From contig WELB01000016.1 of the NCBI GenBank assembly GCA_009602725.1, forward strand, positions 151,149 through 215,148: 64,000 bases of DNA, written 5' to 3'. Under the pieces are notes generated by a model, which made no database searches, was not told the origin of the DNA, and saw nothing but the letters and a program-made list of their open reading frames with translations. This DNA is from Spirogloea muscicola. Taxonomy: Eukaryota. The translations under genes and the position numbers were made by a program. Below, one piece after another: positions 50,941 through 64,000 of this stretch (positions are counted from its first letter, which is position 1; each line of letters begins with the position of its first letter).

Positions 50941-52309
50941 TCTCCATCGACGATCAATACCGCCTCGGCTGACCCCGATGGCTCTGGCTCTGCATCGCCG
51001 AGGCACAGCGGGCAGCCCATGAGGGGCCTCCTCTGGCTGTCTGACCAACGCCAGCTCCAAAGCAGGATGAATTGAGCGTCAAACACGAGCTCGCTGAGCT
51101 CAAGCAGCGCTTACACGAGCGCAAGCGCGGAAGCTTCTGCTGCTGCTGCAGCAGCAGCAGCGCGACCCTTCATCTGCACAACGATACCCTCGATCCTTAA
51201 GTCGCGGCCATGGCTGCGCGAATTGCGCGGGAGTGGCCGGGCCGCTTTCTCTACAGGGACCACCTAGCTAGTGGATTTCAATCCGCGGCGCTGTCCAATG
51301 CTTTCAGGGCCTGCAAGTCAGCGAGCTGTTCTTCGTCATCGGCTTCAACGAGTTGCTACCGCAGAGAAGGCCTCACAGTCGTTGTACATTGTCAAATCTG
51401 ACGTTCTGCTGTACTGATGGCAAAACCGCTTCTGATGTCCAGCGTCACAGCTTTTGGTCGTTGGCTCGAATCAGTCTTGGCTTAGCCAGTCTGCTGAGCA
51501 TATACCCCACACGTTTGACAGGAGAGTCAGTCAGTGTGCACCTCCCGTGGCGCCCCATAAGTACTCGTCCATGGTGTTCGGCTTCGCCCCCGGATTGACA
51601 GCTGACTCAAGGATCATTGGCAGATAGCCCCTGCGTGAGACTTTGCGCTGGTCTATCTTTGATTGACTATCTAGCGCAAACAGTGTGGCCACAGGCATGT
51701 GCGCAGCAGGTGATTATGTGGACAACTCTTCACACTGCTGATTTGGGCAATCCACAAGTCACAAGCGAGACATTTCAAAGAGCTAGGTGGACATGGATTC
51801 ATTCCCTTACTGCACTTGCAGCACATTCGCAAGCGCTGGCTCTCATATTGACTTGGCCATGGATCGCAGCTTTGTCAGCACCAGAACGTTGCCGGCAGCT
51901 CGTTAACCGCGCATGGAGGTGAGGTGCTTGAATCGTCAGCAAGCAGAGGCTGCCTGAACGTGTAGACCGCGGCAACTGACCGTGTGATGGTCGGCTAGAC
52001 GGGCACAAGTCACCGCAGGGCTGGCAGGGCGTGACGGTAGGCGGGAGGCAGATAGCACAACACAGCCGAGAGGCCTGCAGCTCGCCTCGCAGCAATGGCG
52101 ACGAGGAGGTGGGGGGCGGGGCCCAGACGGGGGCCGCGTCGACGGCGTGGAGCGAGCGGCCAGCGCGGCCACGCGGGGGTGGTGGGAGGGGGGAGGACTG
52201 CGTGCCCCGCTGACGAGGCGGGGGCCACGAGCGTCTGGCAGTGGTGGTGGGTCAGGCGGCGGGCACAGCCGCGGGCCGCTGGGGCGACGCCCGGCGCCCA
52301 CTTAGGGAG

Positions 52310-52830
52310 GCCGCTGTCTCAAAGAAAGGGAAAGGCGCGCGGGGCGCATGAAATGAAAAGGGAGGCCAATTCAAGCCAATACACAGTTCAAGCAGAGGCG
52401 AGTGCAAACTAAACAAGGCTACAAGAAAGAGAGAGAAGGCGCGCGCGATGCGCATGAAACGAAAGAAAGATGCTTTCAGGAAAGGGGTGGTGCCGCTGTG
52501 GGGAGTGTGCTCTTCCTTGCATCATGCGCTCCGTGCGCCTTCTCGTCGTTGGGTTGTGTGTTGCAGTAAACTTCTGTCAATTCAGCAGTGAGCTCCCCGA
52601 AGGCTGTCTTCCGTGGTCATGTCTTCCAGCGCTTCTCGGTCATGCAGACCTTGTCAAGTCTTGTCAATGTAGCAGTGAGCTCTTCCAAAGCTTTGCCTCT
52701 CGGCCTTGGATCTTGTCTACACTTCTTGGGCTGGACTTCCGCAGCCACCGCCGCCCTCTTCGAAGAAGAGCTTCACTTGTTGCAAAGGGGCCGGGGCTGA
52801 CAGCGGGAATAGCCAGCCCGAAAAGCGTGG
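52310..52830. repeat. Cluster of CRE-like 3'-end repeats upstream of the phytochrome gene
   Basis: Two gaaggcgcgcg..gcgcatgaaa units, gtgcaaactaaacaaggctac (reverse match to 36440-36462) and a ggggctg...cagcccgaaaag variant. Confidence 0.65.
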
Positions 52831-52996
52831 AAGGGGGGCGGAGCGGCAAGGCCCAAGGCGGGCGCCAAGGTGGGGAGCGGCAGCCATAGCCGGCGAGCTC
52901 GGTGGCCTAGGCCGGGGTTGCGGGCGGCCGGGGCGGAGATGGGGGAGGGGGGGGGGTTTGGAGGGAGGTCGGCGGCGAAGCCCCTGCTACGCGTGC

Positions 52997-53010
52997 CCGT
53001 CACGTGACGG
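52997..53010. promoter_or_regulatory. Palindromic G-box (CCGTCACGTGACGG) upstream of phytochrome
   Basis: Perfect 14-bp palindrome with a CACGTG core, about 680 bp before the ATG (the distance includes an N-gap). Confidence 0.35.
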
Positions 53011-53689
53011 CCGCCGCGTATCCCGGCGCCCAGCAAGGGGGAGTGACGACCCGGGGGCCGAATCAGGTTCTCCCGACCGCCCGGCCTCCCAATCCCACCC
53101 CGCTCCCTGTACAGCCGGACGGGCGCGGGGGAAATTAAATCCGGCCCACAGTTCCGTGCTCGAATGGCCCCGCCCGCCCGGCCGGGGGCGGGAGCTGGGC
53201 CTCCTATCCGGGCCACGCGCCATCGGGCGCATCCGACGGCCCGCGCGCCGCCGCGTGGCGGCGCGGAAAAGCGCGCTGGCCGGGAGGGGGCTGGCCCAAC
53301 GGNNNNNNNNNNNNNNNNNNNNNNNNNNNNNNNNNNNNNNNNNNNNNNNNNNNNNNNNNNNNNNNNNNNNNNNNNNNNNNNNNNNNNNNNNNNNNNNNNN
53401 NNNNNNNNNNNNNNNNNNNNNNNNNNNNNNNNNNNNNNNNNNNNNNNNNNNNNNNNNNNNNNNNNNNNNNNNNNNNNNNNNNNNNNNNNNNNNNNNNNNN
53501 NNNNNNNNNNNNNNNNNNNNNNNNNNNNNNNNNNNNNNNNNNNNNNNNNNNNNNNNNNNNNNNNNNNNCGCCGCCCTAGCCGCGGCCCCGTCGCCGCCGC
53601 CGCCGCCGGCGTGTTCTCTCCCGCCGGCGCCCGCGGCGCCCTTGGCCGCCGCAGCGGGACTGTGGCCCTCAGAGACGGCGTCTGCCACA

Positions 53690-56600
53690 ATGTCGTCCTC
53701 CAGGATGTCGGCGTCGTCGGGGGGGAGCTCGCACAAGTCGCGGCACGGCGTCCGTGTGGCGCAGACGTCCGCCGACGCGAAGCTGGACGAGGCGTTTGCG
53801 GAGTCGGAGACGACGGGCGACTCGTTCGACTACTCCAAGTCGGTGACGGCCAGCAAGGGCGAGGGCGAGAGCACGCCCACGTCCAATGTCACGGCGTACC
53901 TCCAGCGCATGCAGCGCGGCGGCATCACGCAGTCGTTCGGCTGCATGCTGGCGGTGGAGGAGGCCACCTTCCGGGTCGTGGCCTTCACGGAGAACGCGGC
54001 CGAGATGCTCGACCTAAGCGCACAGGCCGTGCCCACTGTCGGCCACGCCGAGGCCCTTGGTGAGCCAGCCCACCTGTCAGAGGAGGTGATTGTGGTCGAG
54101 AGCGCCCAACGAAGCAGACTGGCCGGGACTGTCTGGCCGCCCGAGATGTCATGAAGGCCGGCAGGGTACAGGCGTTGTGCCAACAAGGAGAGGCTGTTCT
54201 CAGCCTTGTTGCCATTGTCTGTGGGCGCAGACATCGGCACAGACGTACGGACGCTGTTCACGTCAGCAAGCGCCATCGCGCTCGAGAAGGCGGCTGCATC
54301 GCGGGATGTCAGCATGATGAACCCCGTCTCAGTGCAGTGCAGAAGCTCGCAGAAGCCGTTTTTCGCCATCCTGCACAGGATAGACATCGGCTTGGTTATC
54401 GACTTTGAGCCTTACAAGCAAGCGGACAACGCCGTCTCTGCAGCAGGAGCTTTGAAGTCTCACAAGCTGGCCGCCAAGGCAATTTCGAGACTGCAGTCGC
54501 TGCCTGGCGGTGACATTGGTACGAGCCTGCCTGAGCCCATTTCCCGGCTCAGTCTGCACTTGGTGCCGGGGGCCATTGTTGGTCTTGAGGGCACTGCATT
54601 CAGGTGCAGGTATTTTGATTCAAGGCTACAGAAGACCACCATGATATCTTTCGGCTTTTGAAAGCAGTCTGTTTGTGTTATAGGGCACCTGTGCGACACG
54701 GTGGTGGAGGAGGTCCGCGAGTTGACCGGCTATGATCGTGTGATGGCCTACAAATTTCACGAGGGTGTGTGCTTCTTCTGACCATAGAAACAGTGCTCAA
54801 TACATACATTGTCAAGTTGTGTGTGGAAGTTCTCACCACCATGGCATATTTGCATCAGTGTCATCACCAATACTTGGTGACGCATTCCAATGCCATAAGC
54901 ATTCCCTCAGGGATAGTGCCTAGAGGAGCGCAAGTGGCATCTCATAGATGGGCAAGGTCAACTGTGGCTTGCCGCAGATGAGCATGGAGAAGTGGTCGCT
55001 GAAATGAGGCGGGCAGACCTTGAGCCCTATCTTGGACTGCACTACCCTGCTACTGACATTCCTCAAGCTTCCCGCTTTCTCTTTATGAAGAACCGCGTAC
55101 GGATGATCACTGACTGCAATGCACCTCAGGTCTGTAAGCGACACATTTGTACTCGTGACAGTCCACGTTCGTCCCCACTTGGTCAACACCCGCACCTTGG
55201 CCACGTCTTGCTTTAGTGTACCTCCTGATGGTGGAGATGGGCATTTGCTAGTAGTGAAGGCAAACACAGATGGGACTAGTCAAGCTCAAAGTCAGGCCAG
55301 CAGGTGCAGGTGGTCGTCAAGCAACATATGCCTGTCTGAAGACGTTATCACACGACAGGGGCTGCTGCCTGCACTTAATGGAGTCATTAACGTCATGGTC
55401 ACAGGTCAAGGTGCAGCAGAGTTCCAGCTTCAAGCAGCCAATCAGCTTAGCAGGTTCCACGTTGAGAGGGGTTCATGGTTGCCATCGCCAGTACATGGCA
55501 AACATGGGATCTGTTGCCTCCCTTGTCATGGCTGTCGTCATCAGTGACAGTGAGGAAGATGCCAATATTCCATCTGGTGCTCAATCCAAGGTAGTATACT
55601 GCTTGGCGATGTTGTTGCATTCTCGCATAATAACTCACAGCCAGCACACGAAGCAGAACAGCAGCATGATCTGATCTTTCAGACATCCTTGATTCATGTT
55701 TGAGCCATGGCATGAAACAGGCCATATTAGCAAATGATGCTGCTTTAATGCAGGACCTGCTTGCCTGCCTAGGCTCATGTTTCGCATCCCTGTGCATGAC
55801 AGGGGCGCAAGTTGTGGGGCCTTGTTGTCTGTCACCACACGACGTCACGCCATGTCCCCTTTCCGCTGCGCTCTGCTTGCGAATTTCTCATGCAGGTAAG
55901 TTGCTAAACTGTGGAAGCTTGTCACATTCGTCTCTGTTTGATGCAATTAGACCTTGACGCATTGAGGTTGTAACTGTACAATCTCGTTTGTTCCTGGAGC
56001 AGGTCTTTGGACTTCAGCTGAACATGGAGGTTGAGCTAGCTGCACAGCTTCGTGAGAAGCACATACTTCGCACTCAGGTGGGCTTGTGGTTTGACCTGAG
56101 CCTACGATCAAGTTAGCATCTCTTGCTTTTCTCAGTGCCCGTATGCAATGTCAAGTAAGGGCAGTTGAGGGCCGTGCTAGTGGGTGGATGGCCCAGGCAT
56201 TGTCTTGGTAATCATTGCGAGGCTAGTTCTTTCATCATCATTATGACTTGAACTTTTTTAAGGACATCAGCTCGCTGTGGGGGTTAATTTTGCTTGGGCA
56301 GTGGAGCATTGGACCTGGGACCTGCTCTTGAGTTTTGCTTATTATGTGTTGGAGTTTACTTTTGTTCATGTTGTCTGCAGACTCTCCTATGTGACATGCT
56401 TCTGCGAGATGCCCCAATTGGCATTGTCTCTCAGAGTCCCAATATCATGGATCTTGTGAAATGCGACGGAGCAGCCCTGTATTATGGGGGGAAGTTTTGG
56501 TTGCTAGGTGTTACTCCTTCAGAGCAAGAGATCAAGGGAATTGCCGACTGGCTCCTCACATACCACAAGGTCGCAATAGGAGAGAATCGCATTTTTCTTG

Positions 56601-59600
56601 CCAAATGCGAGCAAACTCATGCGCCTTCTGAGTGCAGCGTCCATGCAATATACATCACTGGCTAGTATTAGTTGATCATCATATGGGACAGATGTCAGAC
56701 GCGCTTATTGCTATGTGACAGGGATCCATCAATTCGTACTGGCATGATCAAGGAGTACTGTTGCCTTGCTTATAGTGGCATGAGAGAGGCTCACACATAT
56801 GGGCGTCTCTTGGTGTGTCCTTGAAGCTGATATACTGTCATGGCATCTTCCAGAATTCTACTGGCCTGAGCACGGACAGTCTTGCGGATGCTGGTTACCC
56901 GCTTGCAAACCAGCTAGGAAGTGAGGTTTGTGGCATGGCGGCTGCCAAGATTACCCACAAGGACTTCCTTTTCTGGTTCCGGTCACACACAGCGAAGGAG
57001 GTCAAATGGGCAGGGGCCCGTCAGGATCCTGAAGGTGAGACCCCTATTCTCTCCTACTCTTGATTCGACTACTTTCTGCAGCAGTCACATTCTTCTTTTG
57101 TCGCTGACAAGACAAATTTGGCATTTGTTCTGTACCCAAAGGAGGGATGCCTTGCAGCAAAACCTCTTGCTTCCTGGCGCCCTGTCTCTGCTTCTGATTA
57201 GTTGTTGGAAACGCTCCTGACAGTCAGGGACGACGGGACGAAGATGCACCCTAGGTCATCGTTCAAAGCTTTCCTGGAGGTGGTGAAGCAGCGGTCCTTG
57301 CCTTGGGAGGATGTGGAGATGGATGCCATTCACTCCTTGCAGCTCATTCTCCGGGGATCTTTCCAGGACATCGATGACACGGAGACCAAGACCATGATCC
57401 ATGCTCGTCTCAATGACCTCAGACTCCAGGTCTAGCAAAAGCCTCTTTGTGTATAGCCTCTAAGTACTTCATCTACCCAAGAAAGACAAAGTAACACTTT
57501 TTGCAGCAAAGGCATGCTTAGAGAGGCTTGTGTAGTGAACAGGGTAGGTACATGGATGTGTAAGTTTTGCAGGTCCATCTGACATGTCCTCCTGCTTGTC
57601 AGCATACTTGATCACCTTGCTTAAGGTGCTCCATGGAGTGCCATCCTATATTATAGCTTTGTGCTCAGAAGTCGTCCACTTGAACTGCACCATGCAGGGA
57701 ATGGATGAGCTGAGCACAGTGGCAAATGAGATGGTCCGATTGATTGAGACTGCCACGGCACCGATATTGGCTGTTGATTCAGCCGGCTGCATTAACGGCT
57801 GGAATGCTAAGGTCTCGGAGCTCACAGGCCTACCAGTCAATGAGGCTATGGGAAGCTCCCTTGTCAAGCACATTGTGCATCCTGACTCTGCAGAGACTGT
57901 GGAAAGAATACTCTATCTTGCTCTGAATGGTGCGCAACTCTGAGTAGACAGAGAAACAAGGACTTCGTGTGTTACAGTCTATTGGTAGATGTAGTCCTAC
58001 TAGTGCACATGTGACTTTGTGGTATGTTTGTGCTTGTTTGTTGCACACATTCATATATCCTATCGTTGCACACATGCTATTACTGCATAGGACCAGTTTT
58101 TCTGATTGAGAAAATACTGATCTGGCTTGTAGCAATTGTCCCTTTGGGCTTTGACTGCACTAATGTCAGCAAACTTCATCATGCAGGGGAGGAAGAGCAG
58201 AATGTCGAAATCAAGTTGAAGACTTTTGGCCAACAGAAGAAGGAGAAGGGGGATGTCATCATACTTATTGTAAACGCTTGTTCAAGTAGAGATGTTGGCG
58301 AGAGCGTCGTTGGTGTTTGCTTTGTGGGACAGGATGTTACTGGACAGAAGATTGTCATGGACAAGTTCACACGGATATCTGGGGATTACCGCACCATAGT
58401 CCAGAATCCCAATCCACTCATACCTCCTATCTTTGGTACCGACGGTGAGGACAACAAGTAGCTGTAGTTGATTTGACTAGCAGGTCAGCGCTTACATGTT
58501 TTAACTGATGGACATACAAGGCCACATCCCTGAGTGGCTGACCCAGTGTCGCATGCAGAGTATGGACTGTGCACTGAATGGAATCCAGCTATGGAGAAGG
58601 TTTCGGGCTGGAAGCGGGACCAAGCAGTTGGAAGGATGCTTGTGGGCGATATCTTCGGCGGCATGCTCAGATTACGAAACCATGATGCAATGACCAAGCT
58701 TATGATTGCCCTCAATGGGGCCATGGACGGCCTTGAGACAGACAAGATACCTGTTGCCTTCTGCGACCGGCAAGTATGTTATCTGCACTCATCCTCTTCT
58801 TTACCATGCTTTGAGCTAGCCCATTACGCTTTGACACATTCTGGCGCATGTTTTCATCACGTCTGCATGGAGGAGACCATCCTATTCGGAAGCTCGCCTA
58901 CATTTCTGAGACTTTCGGCAAGAATGCCCCGCAGGGAAAAGTGGTGGACGCCTTGTTGACAGCAAGCAGGAGAGTGGATGGAGAAGGAGCAATCACTGGT
59001 GTTTTTTGCTTCTTGCACACAGCCAGTGCGGAGTTGCAACAAGCCCTAGCTGTGCAGAAGGCTGCAGAGAGGGTGGCAGAGTCTAAGGCCAAAGAGGTGG
59101 CCTACCTGAGGCAGGAGATCAAGAATCCCTTGAACGGCATGATGTTCGCCCGCAGCTTTATTGAGCACACGGCGCTTTCAGAAGACCAGAAGCAGCTGGT
59201 AGAGACTGCGGCCCAGTGCGAGCGACAGCTGCGCCGTGTCCTCGACGATATGGACCTTGCCTCCATTGAGGAGGGGTGAGTACACCTGCCAGGAGCAATA
59301 AACTGATAGTTGAAGTGGGACTTGCAATGACCAGCAACATCTAAGCAATTTTGGTATCAGTCCTATTGGTGCTTCTGCTGCTCTGATCAAAGACATCAGC
59401 AATCGTGATTGTTTTCCAATTAACAATTCGACTGCTGCAACAAGCAGCCTCTTTTGTTCAGCTATGCAAGTTGAGCTCCTTTCCTGGTTCTATTCACTCA
59501 ATTTGCAATTAGTCGGCCTGGTGCACACTCTTAGACTCGTACCATTTTGCTCCTACTTTTTGCAGGTATGTGGACCTTGACACTGCAGAATTCATGATGG

Positions 59601-60389
59601 CAACACTGATGAATTCAGTTGTTAGTCAAGGCATGATTACCTCGTCCAAAAAGGGCTTGCAGCTTTTTTGTGATACACCTCCAGAGTTCAAGTCCATGTG
59701 CGTCTTTGGTGACCAGGTGAGCCTTCTGTATCTTATCATGCTTGTTCAGTATATTGTGACTTGGGTATCAGAACAATCTGATTGTGCACCAAGAATTGCA
59801 GTTGAACAATACTTATGTATTGTTACTTGTACTAATGCATCTGGATGGGCTTGTTGCAGGTGCGGCTTCAGCAGGTAATGGCAGACTTTCTGTTGAATGC
59901 CGTGCAATTTACGCCTCCTTCTGGGTGGGTGGAGATCAAAGTGATCCCTGTCAAGAAGCGCCTGCCAGGCGGGGTTGAGGTTGTACAGCTGGAGTTCAGG
60001 TACAAGCATTGACTGGAGGCTCCACTTTGAACCTATGAAGTGGGCTGTGGTTTAATTGGTCCTTGCTATTTGGGCTGCTCCATAAGGAGCTCTTACACAT
60101 TTACTCATATTTTCTGTTGCCTTTATCAACCCCCTGGCATTGGGATTGTGTGTGCAGGGTGACCCATGCAGGTGACGGCTTGCCGGAGGACCTTGTGCAT
60201 CAGATGTATGATCGGGCAGACTCAAGAAGCAAGTCACAGGAGGGTTTGGGTCTTTCCATATGCCGCAAGCTCGTACGGCTGATGAGCGGGGACGTGCAAT
60301 ACATCCGGGAACCTGGCAAGAGCTACTTCTCGGTCCAGCTGGAGCTGCCCCTTGCGCAGCGGGACGATGCCAACAGTGCCAAATGCTAA
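53690..60389 (+). CDS. PHY: Canonical plant-type phytochrome (PAS-GAF-PHY-PAS-PAS-HKRD), 17 exons
   Basis: Ser-rich N-terminal extension, [49 protein letters not shown] (bilin Cys), MHPRSSF tongue, two PAS domains, [11 protein letters not shown] (His replaced by Gln) and [11 protein letters not shown]...DVQY. Confidence 0.97.
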
Positions 60390-61447
60390 TGAATTAGTCC
60401 CAGCTATTCGGCTTGGCCAGGTCGAAAGTCCATATCCTGTTTGACCTCCTGCCATGCGGGAGGTAAGGAGACGTTCGTATGGAAGTCTCTGGGCAGCTGC
60501 AGGGGCTAGAGTGGAAGCTAGAATGAGAGTTGAGAAGTACTTGATTGTATTCAGCTTCTGAGGGCCCAAGTGGAGGAGACAGGAAGCGTTTCTTCGCTGC
60601 AGATTTTGCAGCTTGTGCAGATGTGGTGTGCCGAGACGCATGGAGGCTGCTATGTTGCAGGCAGCTCGATGGTCGCCCATCCCCCAGCTGCTATGACGCC
60701 CTTGTGAATGCCTCGCCTGTACTTATAGTCACTTTCAGTTACAGTTCTGCTCTTAGAGCTTAGCCCCAGAGCTGCGCGATCCTAGCTGCATGAGGAAGAT
60801 GGAAGCGAGGCTGCCGTGCCCAAGCATCGCCTAGGCGGTCCGCTCCCTGTCACTCCTTTGCTGAGGCGTGTTTCCCTTTCCCGGCTGCTTTCCAGCACAG
60901 TTGAATCGTACATTCGTGTTGCACTCACTCAGCCCCGCTGCATTGCCAGCCGCTATGTTGCCCCCTCGTCTTTGAGAGCTCGAGCTAGGCCCTGCATCTC
61001 TATAGATTCTCTATAGAAGGCTGTGCTAGTTCTTTTACCACTTCACAAGCACTGCTTCTACATGCTGGGGTGGCGACAAACCACGTGAACGCAGCATAAA
61101 TTTCACTGCAGCGCGCACTTAGAAACTCCAGGGCTGTGCTGCTGGAAAGCCTGCCTCAGTGCACGTGTCCTTGATTGCATAGTGACTCTCGTTCAGGATT
61201 CTGCCTCCAGCAGCTGCTCGAGTGGTAAGCCAGCCTGCATTAGCCACGGTGTCGCTGCAACACTGCGAATGTATGGAGCGTCGCAGTTCCCCACAGCGAC
61301 CAGTGGCTACGCTGGCAACACCAGAAGCGACACAGCTCATGGCAATGGGCCCCACTTGTGTCGCTGCGCGGTGGTGCCGGTCACACTGACGGACGTGCCG
61401 GCGTCGGCACGCCACTGTCGCTGCCGAAGGCGTAATCACCGAGGGCG

Positions 61448-63880
61448 ATGGTTCTGGGGGACGAGGGCGCCAGCGCGGGCTCGCCGAAGACGCGGCCAAC
61501 GCCCGACGTCGCCCTGCTCAAGCACTTCACCGCCAGCGGTTCTGCTGTCGCCATCGCCACCGCCGTCACTCACCCAATTGGTGCGGAGGCGCCCTGCTCG
61601 GCATACATTGTGCACCACTGTAGCGGCGCTGGACGTGGAGCACGCCCCTTGAGCTCGTATGAGATGCCCAGCAAGCTGAAGATGCACGACCTGGGTGTGT
61701 GCGTCGGGCTGGGGATTTTGCTGCAGACGTCGTCAAGGTCCACATGCAGCTCGATGGCGTGGACTCGCGCCGAGGCAGTCGTGGCTTGGTGCGCGTCCTC
61801 TGCGATGTGCTGAGTGACGTAGGATGAGCAGCTTATACTATGAGCAGCCAAGCCTAAACCCATAACCCGTGAATCTTATAATGCAAGCCCTGCCCTTCAC
61901 AGCAGCAACTGCAAATCCAAGTACACCCTACTGCCGCAGTAGGCCAAGGTGCTGAATTTGCTGCTTTGTGGAGCTGTTGTCACCAATTGCACAGCCGCCG
62001 AATCTGTGAATGCAGGCACACATTCCTTGGCACGGCCTGGCCGAGGTTAGCAGCTATTATGGCCTGGCGGTCTTGCTGAGATTTTCTTGCTGGGGTCCGT
62101 GCTGCAGCTGCAGCATGCAATTCACCTGGTGCAGCAGAAGGGCACCGCGGCGCTGTACGGCGGCATCGTGCCGGCACTGCTGCGGTCGGTGACGTATGGC
62201 TGCCTGCGCCTTGGCCTGTACGAGCCCTGTCGCAATGTACTCGCGCCTGAGCAGGGGCACCAGACAATTGTCGCCAAGATTGCCGCAGGCATCCTCTCGG
62301 GATCCTTTGCAACTGCGGTCACAAACCCGTTGGACGTTGTTAAGGTTGCACTTTTCTGCTTTACTTGCCATGTGTTAGTGCGTGCATCTACTGCAAATAA
62401 CGTCTAAGCAGGCTGCTTGCTTGACAGTATTTCTTACCTAGACCCAAGACCCATATCGTGCACAACGATGGTATATGCAGATGCATGTGTGCCACGACTT
62501 ACTTCATGCCATGGCGTTCCAGGTGCATTTGCAAGTCAGCAGGAGCAAGGTTGATAGCAGGAAGAAACTGCTGGGCGTCCTGCACAACATTCTCGCACGG
62601 GATGGCGTCCCGGGGCTCTGGAAGGGTGTGTGGCCGTCCATGGCACGCGCATCAGCCCTGACCGCGGCGCAGTGCGCCACATATGACGAGTGCAAGCAGG
62701 TGGGTAACAAAGCAGGGGACATATCCTGTCTACCCAGCAAACTGTCATCCTGGTTTCAAAGCCACATACTGCCTGTCGTGCTTGACCAGAAGTTGAGCTT
62801 CATCAGACAGGAAGGCTGTGGCAGCGGCGCAGTGCTCTGGACCCTATGCGTGACTTGATTAGTGAGTCCTATACTTGAAGCCCATTGAACCCGCTTGACC
62901 TCAGGGGTTACTTGAACATGCAGGCCCTGGCAAGGCGGTGCGCAATTTCAGAGGGGCTCACCTTGCACCTTAGGTGAGTGGTCCTTTCTTAAAGTTGCAA
63001 CCAACAACACGTAATACTTGTAATTTAACACTCTTTGACTCTAGACTCGCATGTCATGAGCTGTAAGCTCTCAAGAAGCCATGCACCTCCATGGCAACCT
63101 ATTGCTCTTCCAAACCGGCTTGCAGCTGAACTGTCACCCTGCTTGCACCTTCAATGACCAAATTCTAAGGCCGCCTAGGACATCTCCTGTGTACAGTGCC
63201 AGCATGCTGGCCGGCTTTGCAGCCACGAGCGTCGCTGCCCCGTTTGACACGGTGAAGACGCGCATGATGGCTGTGCGCCTACTTCCCGGCTCTACTCGAC
63301 CTTACCGCCACAGCTTTGACTGCGCATACCGGGTGAGGCGTTCGTCCCGAGGCCATCCAAGGGGCAGCAGCATCCAGCTCGATGCTCTTGTGGGCTTGTG
63401 CCGTGAGCTGCATCGTCATAGCCAAAGGCATGGTAGGCAGTCACCCTTGCTCGTCGCTCCAGCTGCGCTTTCACTTTGACCACCGAGCGAATTTCTGCTG
63501 CGGACTGACAGATTGTCCAGACTGAAGGGCTGCTTAGCCTCTACAAAGGGTGGGTTCCTGCCTGCCTACATGCCATTTGCACCAGACAATCAGAGATGCA
63601 CTTCCGCATCAGAGTGCGAGTTGTCGCTCCTTGCAGCTGGCCTGTCCATCCCATGCAATGTTCTTCTTAGTCTACTTCTATGTAGGCTTATCTGATGTGG
63701 ACAATACCCACCAACGTGGCGCATACTTGCCCTTTTGGGACGCCGGCAATCACAATGCTCTCCCCCCCCTTGGTGCCTGTCAGGTGGACTGCCAATTACG
63801 CGAGGCTGGGTCCTCAAACAGCAATCACCTTTGTGGTCTACGAGAAGCTGCGCCACGCCGTAGGCTTGTCCAGTCTATAG
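61448..63880 (+). CDS. Mitochondrial carrier family (SLC25) protein, UCP/dicarboxylate-carrier-like
   Basis: Three PX[DE]XX[KR] signatures (HPI/DVVKV, NPLDVVKV, APFDTVKTR), plus GLWKGVWPSMARA...TYDECKQ and WTANYARLGPQTAITFVVYEKLR. Confidence 0.88.
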
Positions 63881-64000
63881 CTCAAGATGTACAACACATG
63901 CCCTTACCCTGACCAAGACCCTGACCGCCTCCTCATGTTGCTGTGCTATGTTGTGTGTTCTTGAGGAGTACAACCCTCTGCAAGTCGCCCATCTTCTGCA

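Overview
Eukaryotic nuclear DNA with spliceosomal GT-AG introns, so the ORF track shows only exon fragments. The gene set (canonical plant-type phytochrome, pTAC2, CCMH, CRY-DASH) and the high intron density suggest a streptophyte green alga; the lineage is inferred. Recognisable genes: MED11, pTAC2 (PPR-SMR), CRY-DASH, TIM13, cystathionine beta-lyase (5' exons not visible), CCMH, a 17-exon phytochrome and a mitochondrial carrier. The accessory region (~13-43 kb) holds three notable things. (1) A secreted mosaic protein (His-rich repeats, extensin-like rod, EGF-like repeats, F-type-lectin-like domain) whose 8 introns are all phase 1. (2) An intron-containing PstS-like phosphate-binding-protein gene with two homopolymer frameshifts, plus two decayed copies, one in an old inverted duplication. 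(3) Decayed CRE-like (RLE) non-LTR retrotransposons. Their 3' UTRs appear to be the source of the many short GGCTG-N8-CAGCC hairpin repeats stacked near gene 5' ends. A TIM13 pseudogene and three N-gaps are also present.
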